Origin: Octopus vulgaris
Taxonomy: Eukaryota
Reading direction: 5' to 3'
Assembly: GCA_951406725.2 (NCBI GenBank)
Contig: OX597823.1
Span: 48,546,001-48,610,000, forward strand
DNA length: 64,000 bases
The notes beneath the pieces are model-generated. The model had not been told where the DNA came from. It saw only the letters and a list, made by a program, of their open reading frames with translations, and ran no database searches. A program made the position numbers and the translations under genes. Shown here one piece after another: positions 29,590 through 41,190 of the stretch. Numbering within the stretch: position 1 is the stretch's first letter; the number at the start of each line of letters is the position of its first letter.

Positions 29590-30832
29590 CTGAAATAAAT
29601 ATGAAGCACCATGATTAAAGGATTAAAGTAAATAGCATTAAATCAAATTTAAAAACATTAAGAAGCTTAAAAGTTACCAGATTAAAGATATATGATTTTA
29701 AAAAGTTTTTCGTGGATGCCTAGATAACATTTAGAAAATATCCTACTAATAATTTACTCAAGTTCTTTTAATTTATTCCTTGATGAAGTATGATAAGAAA
29801 ATATACTAGGAGTTCAGAAAGATTTATATTTTCAGAAGATAAATTTTTAATAAAAACTGATAAAACACATTAATTCAGTTTACCAAAGAGTTGGACATTT
29901 TTATGTAAATTTCCTATGATCAATTTTGATTCCTTGCTTTAAAATTCAATGCTAATAACAGTTGGATGTACTCAAACAAAACATAATCTATATTTAGTCA
30001 GATTTTAATGTTAGCAATAGTTAAAATTTATTACTTTCACTTTTAGAAATAAATATACATTATTTCTTCTTACAAATATGCTATCAAAAGAGAAATAATC
30101 AAGGTAAGCTTTGTTGATAATTTAGATATAAAAAGTGAGAGTTTATACTGTTCTACTGAAGTTAAATTAAATAATCAGAGTGATTATCACTTTTGTAAAT
30201 AGTTATATCTCAAAAATAGTGATGTGGTATCTAGTAATAATCGGTTAATGGAAGCAGAGCACTATTGTACTTAAAGGTTTCATAAAATAATAACTAATAG
30301 GTGCAGGTGTGGCTGTGTGGTAAGAAGCTTGCTTCCCAACCACATGGTTTCATGTCCAGTCCTACTGCATGGTACTTAGGGCGGATGTTTTCTACTATTG
30401 CTTCGAGTCTACAAAAGCCCTGTAAATGGATTTGGTAGATGGAAACTGAAAGAAGCCCATTGTGTGTATATTCTTTTACTTGTTTTAGTTATTCAACTGC
30501 AGCCATGCCTTTAGTTGGACAAATCGACTCCAGGACTTATTCATTGTAAGCCTAGTACTTATTCTATCAGTCTCTTTTGTTGAACCACTAGGTTACAGAG
30601 ATATAAACACGCCAATACCAGTTGTCAAGCGATGGTGCAGGGGACACACACAAACACACACATATATATATGCTGGGCTTCTTTCAGTTTCCATTAACCA
30701 AATTCACTCACAGGGATTTGGTCAGGCCGAGGCTATAGTAGAAGACACTTGCTGAAGGTGCTGTGCAGTGGGACTGAACCCGGAACCATGTCGTTGGGAA
30801 GCAAGCTTCTTACCACACAGCCATACTTGCAC

Positions 30833-30870
<38 letters not shown>

Positions 30871-31061
30871 CCTTTAGTTCGTTTACAGGAAATGTTTTGA
30901 ATATCCATATACAAGCTCCTATTCTATTATTCTGGCTACAGCCTAATGATACCAATCGGTGATACCTGTTTTTTGGGGCCACACTAAGCTGTGCTGATAT
31001 AATGTAGGATAAATATAGTAATAACAATAATAATTTCTGGATGGAATTTATGCATATATAT

Positions 31062-31113
<52 letters not shown>

Positions 31114-31305
31114 TCACATATATATATATATCTGTAATATAATATGTGACAATTATTTGGTTGCCATAATAAAACTCCGAGTTTTGGATGGCGGGGCGGA
31201 AACCTGCACTGGCATCTCTTCAGTTATTGAGGCAATCACAGATAAATTCCTGTATTTACATAATATCGAGGTCTCTTTCATTCTTTTGTTGTCCTACCAT
31301 TACTA

Positions 31306-31364
<59 letters not shown>

Positions 31365-33182
31365 CACAGGTCGTGGGTTCAAAGTGACGAAAATATTTTG
31401 ACAAATTAAATTTAAATGCTGAAGTGAATCTAACAGATTTTGTGTGTTTCTTAAATGGCTTATAAACACCTTCCACACTGCAATTGTTTTTGTTCCAGCA
31501 CATGATCTTAGATCAGGTCACTTGCTATGCAAGTACATCTCTGTAATATATATGTGTGTGTGTACATTTATATATACAGCACTCTCACCACACTCTCTAC
31601 ACATTAAATCTCCCATGTGTTAACATGTACCTCCTTGTGAAAATGTACAGTTAATGAAAATACCCTTGGTCTGACGATTAGCCTGCCATATACACCTCGC
31701 TTGGATATTTATCACATCTGAGGTTCCACTCCCTATTAACATATGTAGCCCAGATCTTATCTACGACATTCCTTAACTTTTGTATTCTTATTTGCATACC
31801 CAGCAACCCTCGTTGCCTACCATGAAATAGAGAAAGAATTTTTTTCAGCTTGTAGTACTTTGATACAAAAAAATCCACAACCTTCTGCTGCAATAAACCA
31901 TTATAGTTGTTAAAAGTTGCTTTTCATATTTACTACGGATTGCTTGCAGTTAACTTTCTTCCTACACCTGACAACTAGTGTTGGTGTGTTTACATGCCTG
32001 TAACTTTGAGGTTTGGCAAAAGAGACTGATAGAATAAGTACCAGGCTTTACAACAAAGTAACAAGTACTAAGGTTGGTAAGTTGGACTAAAATTCTTCAT
32101 GGTAGAGTCCAAGCATGGCTGCAGTCTATTGACTGAAACAAGTAAAAATGAGAAAGAAAAAAACTAATCAAGTTCTGCTAAGTTTACACTACTGCCCTAC
32201 CTGCCTCATCTTACATCCTTAACACCTTCACATATTTATTACTCCCCTTTCTTATGACTCCCGTCTCTTCATCAACTCTTACTTTCTCAACTTCTGCCCT
32301 CTCAAAACAGTTCTACTCATCATAATGAAACCTCCCTCATCATTCTGCATAGAACCATCACATCCTCTCTTCTATATTCTCTCTCAATTACAGGTGCCAT
32401 TAGGCCCATAGTGTAGCAAGTTACAAGGTGGCTTTACTAGCGCCGGTCTCATGAGAAAAGCACCACCCAATAAACTCTGTAGAATGGTCAGCATTAGGAA
32501 GGACATCCAGCAGTGAAAAAAAAACCATGTGAAAGAAGACACTGGAGTATGACAGTCCTCCATCTTGATGAACAACTCAATCCATACCAGCATGGAAGAT
32601 GAATGTTAAAGAACACTGATGATGATGATAATGATGATGATGATGATGATGATGAGGAGGAGGAGGAGGAGGAGGAGGAGGGGGCGTTTATACCATGGCT
32701 GCTATCACAGACTGATGGCAGTTAGATAAAATCAATATTGCCAATGAATGCTGTTGAACACATAATGATTTTAAAAAGGAATTAAGTGAATTCGTAATAT
32801 TAATTTAAGGGAAAATTTGTAAAATGATCAAATATTAAATAATCCTTAATCATGATTTTTCTTTTTTTGCTTTTTCTTTGTTTTTTTTTTTGTTTTTTTA
32901 TAAAGCTACAACTTTGCTTCCTTGCAAAAGCGTTTGATCAGCCAGCATAGAATTTCAGCTTTGGTTTTGAATGCTTCTATCATTTGTTGACATTAAAAGA
33001 ATAAAAAAAAAAAGAAAAGATTCATTTCATTGTCAGTCATGGGGAATTATGGAATTGTTCCTTAAATTAGATCCATTTTATACTATTTCATATTCCAATT
33101 ACCTCAACTAGAATAAATGAATGAAAATAAAAATTAACTAATTGTATAGGTTTAATGCTTGCTGCTAAAATATATTTTTACT

Positions 33183-33865
33183 TATACACACACACACGCA
33201 CACATACACATAAAAACATGTGCGCATGAATACATACAAGCACACACACATACATACACATAAAAACATGCGTGCTTGTATACATACAAGCACACACACA
33301 AACATACATATACACATACATACATACATATATACATATATGCATACATACCTATGCATATAAATATAAAAACATGAATACATATATTCATACACACAGA
33401 CGCACAAATACAGATACACAAATATATACACACATACACACTTACATAAGTATACATACACACACATATATGCATACATACACACACACATACATAAGTA
33501 TTAATACACTCACATAGGGACACACACAAGTACATATATGCACACACACATACATACACAGAAAAATACAAACATGCATACATATATACACATAAGCACA
33601 TATACACAAGGACATATATATGCACATACATGCATGCATACATGCATATATACATAGACATACATGCATAATCACATTTATACAAGTGTATATATATACA
33701 CACACATACATGTACATATGCGTACATACACATAAACGTACACATATACATACACACATACATAGACACACATACATATAAGGACATATACATGATTATA
33801 TATATACACACAAAAAGGCACGTACATATACATACATTCACACACATATACAATGTACATATTTT
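33183..33865. repeat. Degenerate (CA/TA)n low-complexity array, ~680 bp
   Basis: Mixed ACAT/ACAC/ATAT units. Similar blocks occur at 8826-9400, 10320-10670, 37170-37390 and 63290-63710. Confidence 0.9.
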
Positions 33866-36138
33866 CAATTAATGATCAGAGCATGAATTCAAAAGAACAT
33901 TATTTTCTGATACGTTTCAAATTAGAGGATTGTTTACATCAGATCAGTAATTAATTCTAATGCTTTGACAAACTTCTTAAACGTTTAGGATAGGTATTGC
34001 ATTATGTATACAAACTGACAACAGCATATTGTAATTTAAATGTTCAATTTTTATAAGAAAATAAGAGAATTTAAAAGAAAATAAGTGAATTTATTAAAAT
34101 CTATTACAAAAAAATCTTTTGTTCTATTTACACATCTTCAATTTTCTAAATAGTTTTTATGTCAACTTTTTTTGGTATTGAATCATTTGAAAGGGAAAAT
34201 AACCAACTAAAACTGTTTACAACACTTAAATATAGTTCTCATTGCTAAATAATTATTTTCATTCTTTTTCTTTTATTATGTAGAATCTAACCAAAAATAG
34301 AATACAATATTTAAAAAAAAAGTGGGGAACTGTAAAAATATAAAATAAATGTCAGGATGGTAAGGGATGAACACTTGTAATTAAATCATTTGAATAACAA
34401 AATACAAGAAAGAAAATATAGAAAATAATGTAATTCATAATGAAAAATCTAAATAATTTATTTCTTTTAAAATTTGCCTTTTTTTTTTAAATATATTTTC
34501 ACAGGAAACACGAAAATGGCTGAAACCATAACAACATAAATATTCTAAATAATACCATGTTAATCAACTGAACATATAATTGATGTGATAATTCAAAATG
34601 GTATTTGAAAATGCTGACTAAGTTTGATGAAGTGCAAGTCGTGTTTTTATAGGAGAGGACTATGAGCTATAGAATTAAATCTGTAATATTACTGGTATCC
34701 AGCTGTAGAAACCATACCAAAACAGACTATGGAACCTAGTGAAGCTCCTAGACTTGCCAGCTCCTATCAAATATCCAACTCATGCCAGCATGGAAAACAG
34801 ATGTTAAATGATGATGATGATGATAACAATGACAATGATGATGATGGTGGCGATGATGATGAGCCCAGACTGAAGTATGACAATATCAACATTGGTGGAA
34901 TATTAACAGTAAGGTGCTAAATTCAATGGTATAACAAGGGTTTTCAGTGCTTGGGGTCAAAATATTCCTTTGGTGGCTCATGTTAATTAATGGGCACAAT
35001 AGGCTAGAGAAACAGTTGTTCCCTTCACATTTGTACCTGAAACAACTGCTACATCATGTCTATCCCCTCTTACAACACCTCTGACTAAATTAAATCACTT
35101 TCAGTACCTTACTAGCACTTTATTTAATGTCATCTAAAGAACAAAAGCAACATTTGACTTTGAAAGGATTTGAACTCAGAATGTAGAGCCAGAACAATAA
35201 CCAGTTTCAAATTTTGGGCACAAGGCCAGCAATTTCAAGGGAAAGGGTAAGTCAATTACATTGACCTCAGTAGTCAACTGATACTTATTTTATCAATCTC
35301 CAAAAGGATCTAAGGTAAAGTTAACCTCAGCAGTATTTGAACTCAGAACATAAAGACGGGTGAAATGCCGCCAAGCATTTTGCTCAGTATGCTAACAAGC
35401 CAGAACAAATGCTACAAGACATTTTGTGTAGCACTGTAACACTTCTACCAATCCACAATCTTTATATAATAGTGGTTGATGTTTTCTCATCTAGTAAATA
35501 ATATCTTTTCTTACTGCCAATTAAAACGAAAAAAAAAAAGAATTTTCAGAATTTCTTAACTAAAGTACTTAATGCTTCCACTTCTGTAGGAAACTTTGTA
35601 CTTTTCAGCTGTATCCTTTCTACCTTCATCATACAAGTATCAATCTGTTTATCTTTTTAAGCATTTGCCAAGGAATTATGACATTCTCTGGAGAAACAAC
35701 ATTAACTGATTTTTTTTTTAACAGCCATACCTAATGTTCTTTAGAGATGTGTTTTCATTTTTTTTAATTTTCTCTTTTTCTTTTTCTAGCAACTATCTAG
35801 TGATTCCTGCACTCGTAATGATGTTTAAGGAATTTTAGATATCATCAAACTTGTTTACAGTCTGTTACGCTGAAATAATTGGCGATAATGAAATTTCATT
35901 TGCTTTACTTTTACCATACAGATTTTTATAAATGTACTTTTGGTCACATTATTTATCATTAGTGACTAGGAAAGAAGGATTGTAATCTTTCTTTCTTGAA
36001 TGTCCCTGTACATCTATGAGTTTATACTACAGTTTCCTAGTAGACATTCAGACCAATGAAACACAAGCTTATAGCAGCAGTAGCAATAGAGAACCCAGCA
36101 GCAATGACTTTTGCTTTATTCTTCTGTACCAAACTCAC

Positions 36139-36343
36139 CTCTTGATGCATAAATAGTGCAGTTCTGACTGCTTGGAACAACTTTTAACAAGTTGACACTA
36201 ACACAAGAGCAATGAGCCACATCAGCTGTTTCCATGGAAATAATAGAGTAATGATGTCTTAAGTTGACATTTATACTAGAGACATTAACAGCAATGTTAA
36301 GTATTGTTGTTCCACAATTGCTATTTAGCCCCAGGTCTGTCAT
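36139..36343 (-). CDS. Candidate alternative exon (first or cassette), in frame with the PDZ exon
   Basis: Unique, non-repetitive block. The open frame MTDLGLNSNCG...QNCTIYASR ends at a perfect donor GAG|GTGAGT in phase 1. There is an ATG at 36343 and an in-frame AG acceptor that would give a 198-bp exon (36336-36139). I do not recognise any homology. Confidence 0.3.
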
Positions 36344-37199
36344 AATAGAGAACAGGTCTATGGTCAAAGGCCATTTCAGTCATAATAATACTGTCATTTT
36401 TTTCTCACACAATACACCACAGGCAACAGTATCCAATGCATTGTTTCCATAATCCAGTAGGGAGGGGTTTGGCAGTTACTTCTAGCAGCCTCCCTTATTG
36501 GCTCAAAGTGGTTTGGTTCCTTAGTGGACAGCTCATAGTAGGGTTTAGTAAAAGCAACCATTTGCAGAACTTGGAGCACTAAACAGAGACGTTTACATTC
36601 ACATTGATATTGACAGTCATTTCTGCAAACACAATCTGCTAAGATTATTCCATCTGTTTATCTTGAATTTAACTAAAATATGGTGATAACTGGTTATCAC
36701 CATATTTCAGCTCAAATTCATAAGGTTTCACTATATAACAATTACTTTTATACAATTCAAATTCTTTTATTATTTAATCTTATAAATTTAAGTACTTCTC
36801 ACTTCATTTTCTTAAAAAAATTATATCCCTTGTTTCCAGAAAAGACAGTTATATAGATTACAAATTTTCCTAGTTTTCTTTTACACTATAGTCAAGTGAC
36901 TTTTAAAGCTGCGATCATTTCTTAATCTCAGTTCAATTTTCTGTTTACTTTAGGATAGATAATTGTTGTAAGGTAATACATAATCATTAGCAAAAAAGAG
37001 CAATTTTAAAAGTAATTTTTATTATATTCCTTTAATAATCTGTCTGTCAATATATTAATCGATCTGTATAATGATTTATGAATTCTTTTATTCTTTTAAA
37101 TGTTTCACTCATTGAAAAGCATGCAAATGTGTATGTATGTGTTTATCTATGTCTCCATATACAATATTAACACATATATATATACATACACACATATAT

Positions 37200-37276
<77 letters not shown>

Positions 37277-37349
37277 CATACATATATATACATATACATA
37301 TACATATATAAATACATACACATACACATATATATATATACATACATAT

Positions 37350-37391
<42 letters not shown>

Positions 37392-37488
37392 CGGGAAGCT
37401 TTATGAAAATAAACAAAAGTCGAAGACAGGTGGAATACAAACAAACAATTGTATTAGTATGGCACTCAGGAATATAAATAAAACAAGT

Positions 37489-37524
37489 CTTTTACGTTTC
37501 GAGCCTACACTCTTCAACAGAAAG
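37489..37524 (-). ncRNA. Ultra-minimal hammerhead-like motif (variant core; decayed + strand copy at 39008-39043)
   Basis: CUUU-CUGUUGA-A-GAGU GUAG GCUC-GAAAC-GUA|AAAG. Stem I is CUUU/AAAG, stem II is a hairpin, and stem III is loopless GAAACGUA. A6 is replaced by U. Confidence 0.45.
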
Positions 37525-37903
37525 ATACACAGAAAAGAAACAATACACACACACACACATATATATATATGTGTAATTTTTAGTTAAATATATTCTATAA
37601 AAATATTATATACTGAATTTACAGTTAGTGCTCTTTTTTATCAATGTATTAATACTATTAAAGTATTCATACATTTATTACAAGCGATTATATATATATA
37701 ATATATAATATACTGTGAAATAATATCAGGAAATTAATATCAGAAAAATTGTTCAGAGAGATATATGAATGTATAGTATAAATATTGTATTAAAAATATA
37801 AATATATATAAAAATATATGTAAATATGTATAAGTATAAGTATATAATAATAATAAGATATGACAGCTTAAAATTTTATAGTTTAAAATTAAGTTTTTAA
37901 AGC

Positions 37904-37993
37904 ATCTTACGATCGTTTCGCAAAAGTATTGTCTCTATAATGGAATTGTATATTAATAAATATTTATAGACAATACTTCTGCTTCTCAGAGAT
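37904..37993 (-). ncRNA. Hammerhead motif, inverted sister copy with core mutation (CUGAGAA)
   Basis: The reverse strand reads AUCU-CUGAGAA-GCAGAAGUAUUGUCU...AGACAAUACUUUUGC-GAAA-CGAUC-GUA|AGAU. The CGAUCG palindrome is perfect, but G8 is changed to A. Confidence 0.6.
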
Positions 37994-38483
37994 ATAAAAT
38001 GTGAGGTTTGTATAATTTATCGAATGGTAATCTGTTTAAACATATGAAGTAACATGGGAAAATGGTATTTTTCTGAAATATAAAAAAGTTACTGTTTTTG
38101 ATTTTGGTAAGTACACTTTAGTATGAGAATCATGAAATTCATATATGCCTCCTTGGTAAGTCTTCTGAATTAATCCATAATAATTTTGTATAATATCCGG
38201 TATATTGTCCTGCATTCCAAAATATAGTTCATAGACATAGATAATATAAAATGTATGCAAAATTATATAGTTCATACCAGATATTATACAAATTTTTTAT
38301 GGATTAATGCAGCAGACTTACCAAGGAGGCATATACGGATTTCAAGATTCTCATACTAAAGTGCATTTACCAAAATCAAAAATAGTAACTTTTTTATATT
38401 TCAAACAAACACTATTTTCCCATATTACCTCATATTTTTCAAAAAACTACCAGTCACTAAATTATACAAACTTCCCATTTTAT

Positions 38484-38573
38484 ATCTCTGAGGAGCAGAA
38501 GTATTGTCTATAAATGTTTATCAATATAGGATTCCATTATAAAGACAATACTTTTGCGAAATGATTGTAAGAT
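38484..38573 (+). ncRNA. Minimal type-I hammerhead ribozyme motif
   Basis: AUCU-CUGAGGA-[15-bp stem II GCAGAAGUAUUGUCU/AGACAAUACUUUUGC]-GAAA-UGAUU-GUA|AGAU. Confidence 0.7.
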
Positions 38574-38776
38574 GCTTTAAAAACTTAATTCTAAACTATT
38601 AAAATTTAAACTGTCATATTCATCACTATTATATATTTATACTTATGCATATTTACATAATTTTTATATATATTTATATTTTTAATACAATGATTATTCT
38701 ACACATGTATATATCTTTGCAAAGAATTTTTCTGATATTAATTTCCTGATATTATTTCACAATATATTATATATAT

Positions 38777-38831
<55 letters not shown>

Positions 38832-38842
38832 TATACATATAT

Positions 38843-38873
<31 letters not shown>

Positions 38874-38887
38874 TATATATACATATC

Positions 38888-38919
<32 letters not shown>

Positions 38920-39147
38920 TATATATATGTACATATATCATTCACCATGATAGACTGCTAGTCACTATACCTTTTTCCATTTTCTCTCCCTGTATATTTC
39001 TGTGTTCCTTTCTGTCAAAGAGCGTAGGCTCAAAACGTAAAAGACTTTCTCACTTCTCGAGCATTAAACTAATACATCTGTTTGTTGTTTACACACCTGT
39101 CTTCATCTTTTGTTTTTTCTTTTGAAAATTTTCACTATATACTTACT

Positions 39148-39188
<41 letters not shown>

Positions 39189-39492
39189 AATATTTATACA
39201 TATACATATATATATATTATATATATATATATATATACACACACACATACACACACACACACACACACAAATACATATATATAGACACATACAAATATAT
39301 ATGTGTATGTGTGTGCGTGTCTATCTATACATCTATCTATTGAGTGGCTGTGTGGTAAGAAGCTTGCTTCCCAACCACATTGTTCTGGGTTCAATCCCAC
39401 CACATGGCATTTGGGGCAGGTGTCTTCTACTATAGCCTTGGGCCAATCAAAACGTTATGAATTTGGTAGACGGAAACTGAAAGAAGCCTGTC

Positions 39493-39566
<74 letters not shown>

Positions 39567-40589
39567 TTATGTGTCTATGTTTGTCCCCCACCATCGCTTG
39601 ACAACCTGCGTTGGTGTGTTTACATACCCATAACTTAGAGGTTCAGCAAAAGAGAGTGATAGAATAAGTACTAGGCTTACAAAGAATAAGTCCTGGGGTT
39701 GATTTGTTTGACTAAAGAAAGTGAACAGTAAAAAATCTTTAAAAAAATAAGGAAGAAGAGACAGAGGTGGTGTGACATCAGGTGTACCGTTGGTGAATTT
39801 CAGGAAGCATCGAAGATTTGAAAGATGTATGTACATAATATATATATAATGAATATACACAATGCGACTGACTGACAATTTGTCGGTTACGATGATGAGG
39901 GTTTTAGTAGATCAGATCAAGAGAACAACCTGCTGGTGAAATTAATGTGCATGTGGCTGAGCACTCCACAGACATACGTACCCTTAACATAGTTCTCAGG
40001 GAGATTCAGCATAGCACAGAATGTGACAAGACTGGACTTTCGAAATACAGATACTACTCATTTTTGCCAGCTGAGTGGACTGGAGCAATGTGAAATAAAG
40101 TGTCTTGCTCAAGGACATAACATGTCGTCAGGAATCAAATTCATGACCTTGCAATCCATTAAGTCACATGCTTTCACTATATATAATCTCTTACTCTTTT
40201 ACTTGTTTCAGTCTTTTGACCGCGGCCATGCTGGAGCACTGCATTTAGATGAGCAAATCGACTCCAGGAGTCATTCTATCATTCTCTGTTGCTGAACTGC
40301 TAAGTTACAGGGATGCAAATTCACCACCATTGGTTGTCAAGTGATTTTGGGTGGGACAAACACAGACACACAAACTTATACCCACACATACATATATATA
40401 TATATACATATATACAATGGGCTTCTTTCAGTTTCCATCTACCAAGTCCACTCACAAGGCTTTGGTCAGCGCAAAGCTATAGAAGAAGACACTTGCCCAA
40501 GGTGCCACACAGTGGGAATGAACCCGGAACCATGTGCTTGTTAAGCAAGCTACTTACCACATATCAAATCCTGAATAAATATAATGACA

Positions 40590-41190
40590 TGTCTTGATAG
40601 ATTTCTTGATATATTCTTATTTATGATATATGCATTCAATTTAGTCTTGTGTTTTTCTATTAAATAAAACTTCCTTAGTTATTCTCATTTCTTTGTGGAA
40701 TTCGACTTCAGTTATAAAATGGGTGTATACATCATTAAAATCACAACATAAACCATAGCTGACCACAAACTCAAAGTTAGAAAATATTTCAACACCACAA
40801 GTTTGAAAAAAAACCTCGATATATCAACATGGGACCACAAACTAGCAAACCAAAGAACATACTTCAGACAACCACTGTAAAATACAAATTTCAATATAAG
40901 CATGAAAATTGTAAACTTCATGAATCAAACTATTACACTGGACACACAAGTACAATATTTTCTCATTGGTTGACCATGCATTTACAACAAGGAGCAACTG
41001 CAACTCTGTATAATACAGCACACAAAATAAAACTGAATAGAAAAACAAAAGTTGACAGCACTTCAAATTTATAGAGAATTCCACGAAAGAAAAATTATAA
41101 AGAGAATAATTAGGGAAGCTTTATTATAAGTAAAATACAAATCTAAATTAAACATACAAATCAAATTATATCAAGAAATCAACAGGATTT
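40590..41190 (+). mobile_element. Penelope-like element remnant: GIY-YIG endonuclease with inverted upstream copy of its 3' end
   Basis: ORF 40829-41074 reads NILQTTTVKYKFQYKHENCKLHESNYYTGHTSTIFSHWLTMHLQQG, a degenerate V-Y-x-F-x-C...YIG-x-T...RL-x-x-H motif, followed by an REALL motif. 40590-40703 is a diverged reverse complement of 41076-41183. Confidence 0.75.

Larger units (their letters stand above)
37700..38775. repeat. About 1.07-kb imperfect palindrome (arms ~37700-38204 and ~38274-38775)
   Basis: For example gtgaaataatatcaggaaattaatatcagaaaaatt pairs with aatttttctgatattaatttcctgatattatttcac, and tatatgcctccttggtaagtc pairs with gacttaccaaggaggcatata. The spacer is ~70 bp. Confidence 0.9.

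Noticed and set aside
31678-31893. 71-aa minus-strand ORF in unique-looking sequence
   Set aside because: No usable splice sites or recognisable domain. It may be a decayed L1/Tx1-type 3' end, but I cannot support that.
33905-33950. Degenerate hammerhead-like strings here (- strand) and at ~13436-13482 and ~30935-30970
   Set aside because: Each has core mismatches or lacks a stem or cleavage triplet, and cannot be told from background without a family consensus.
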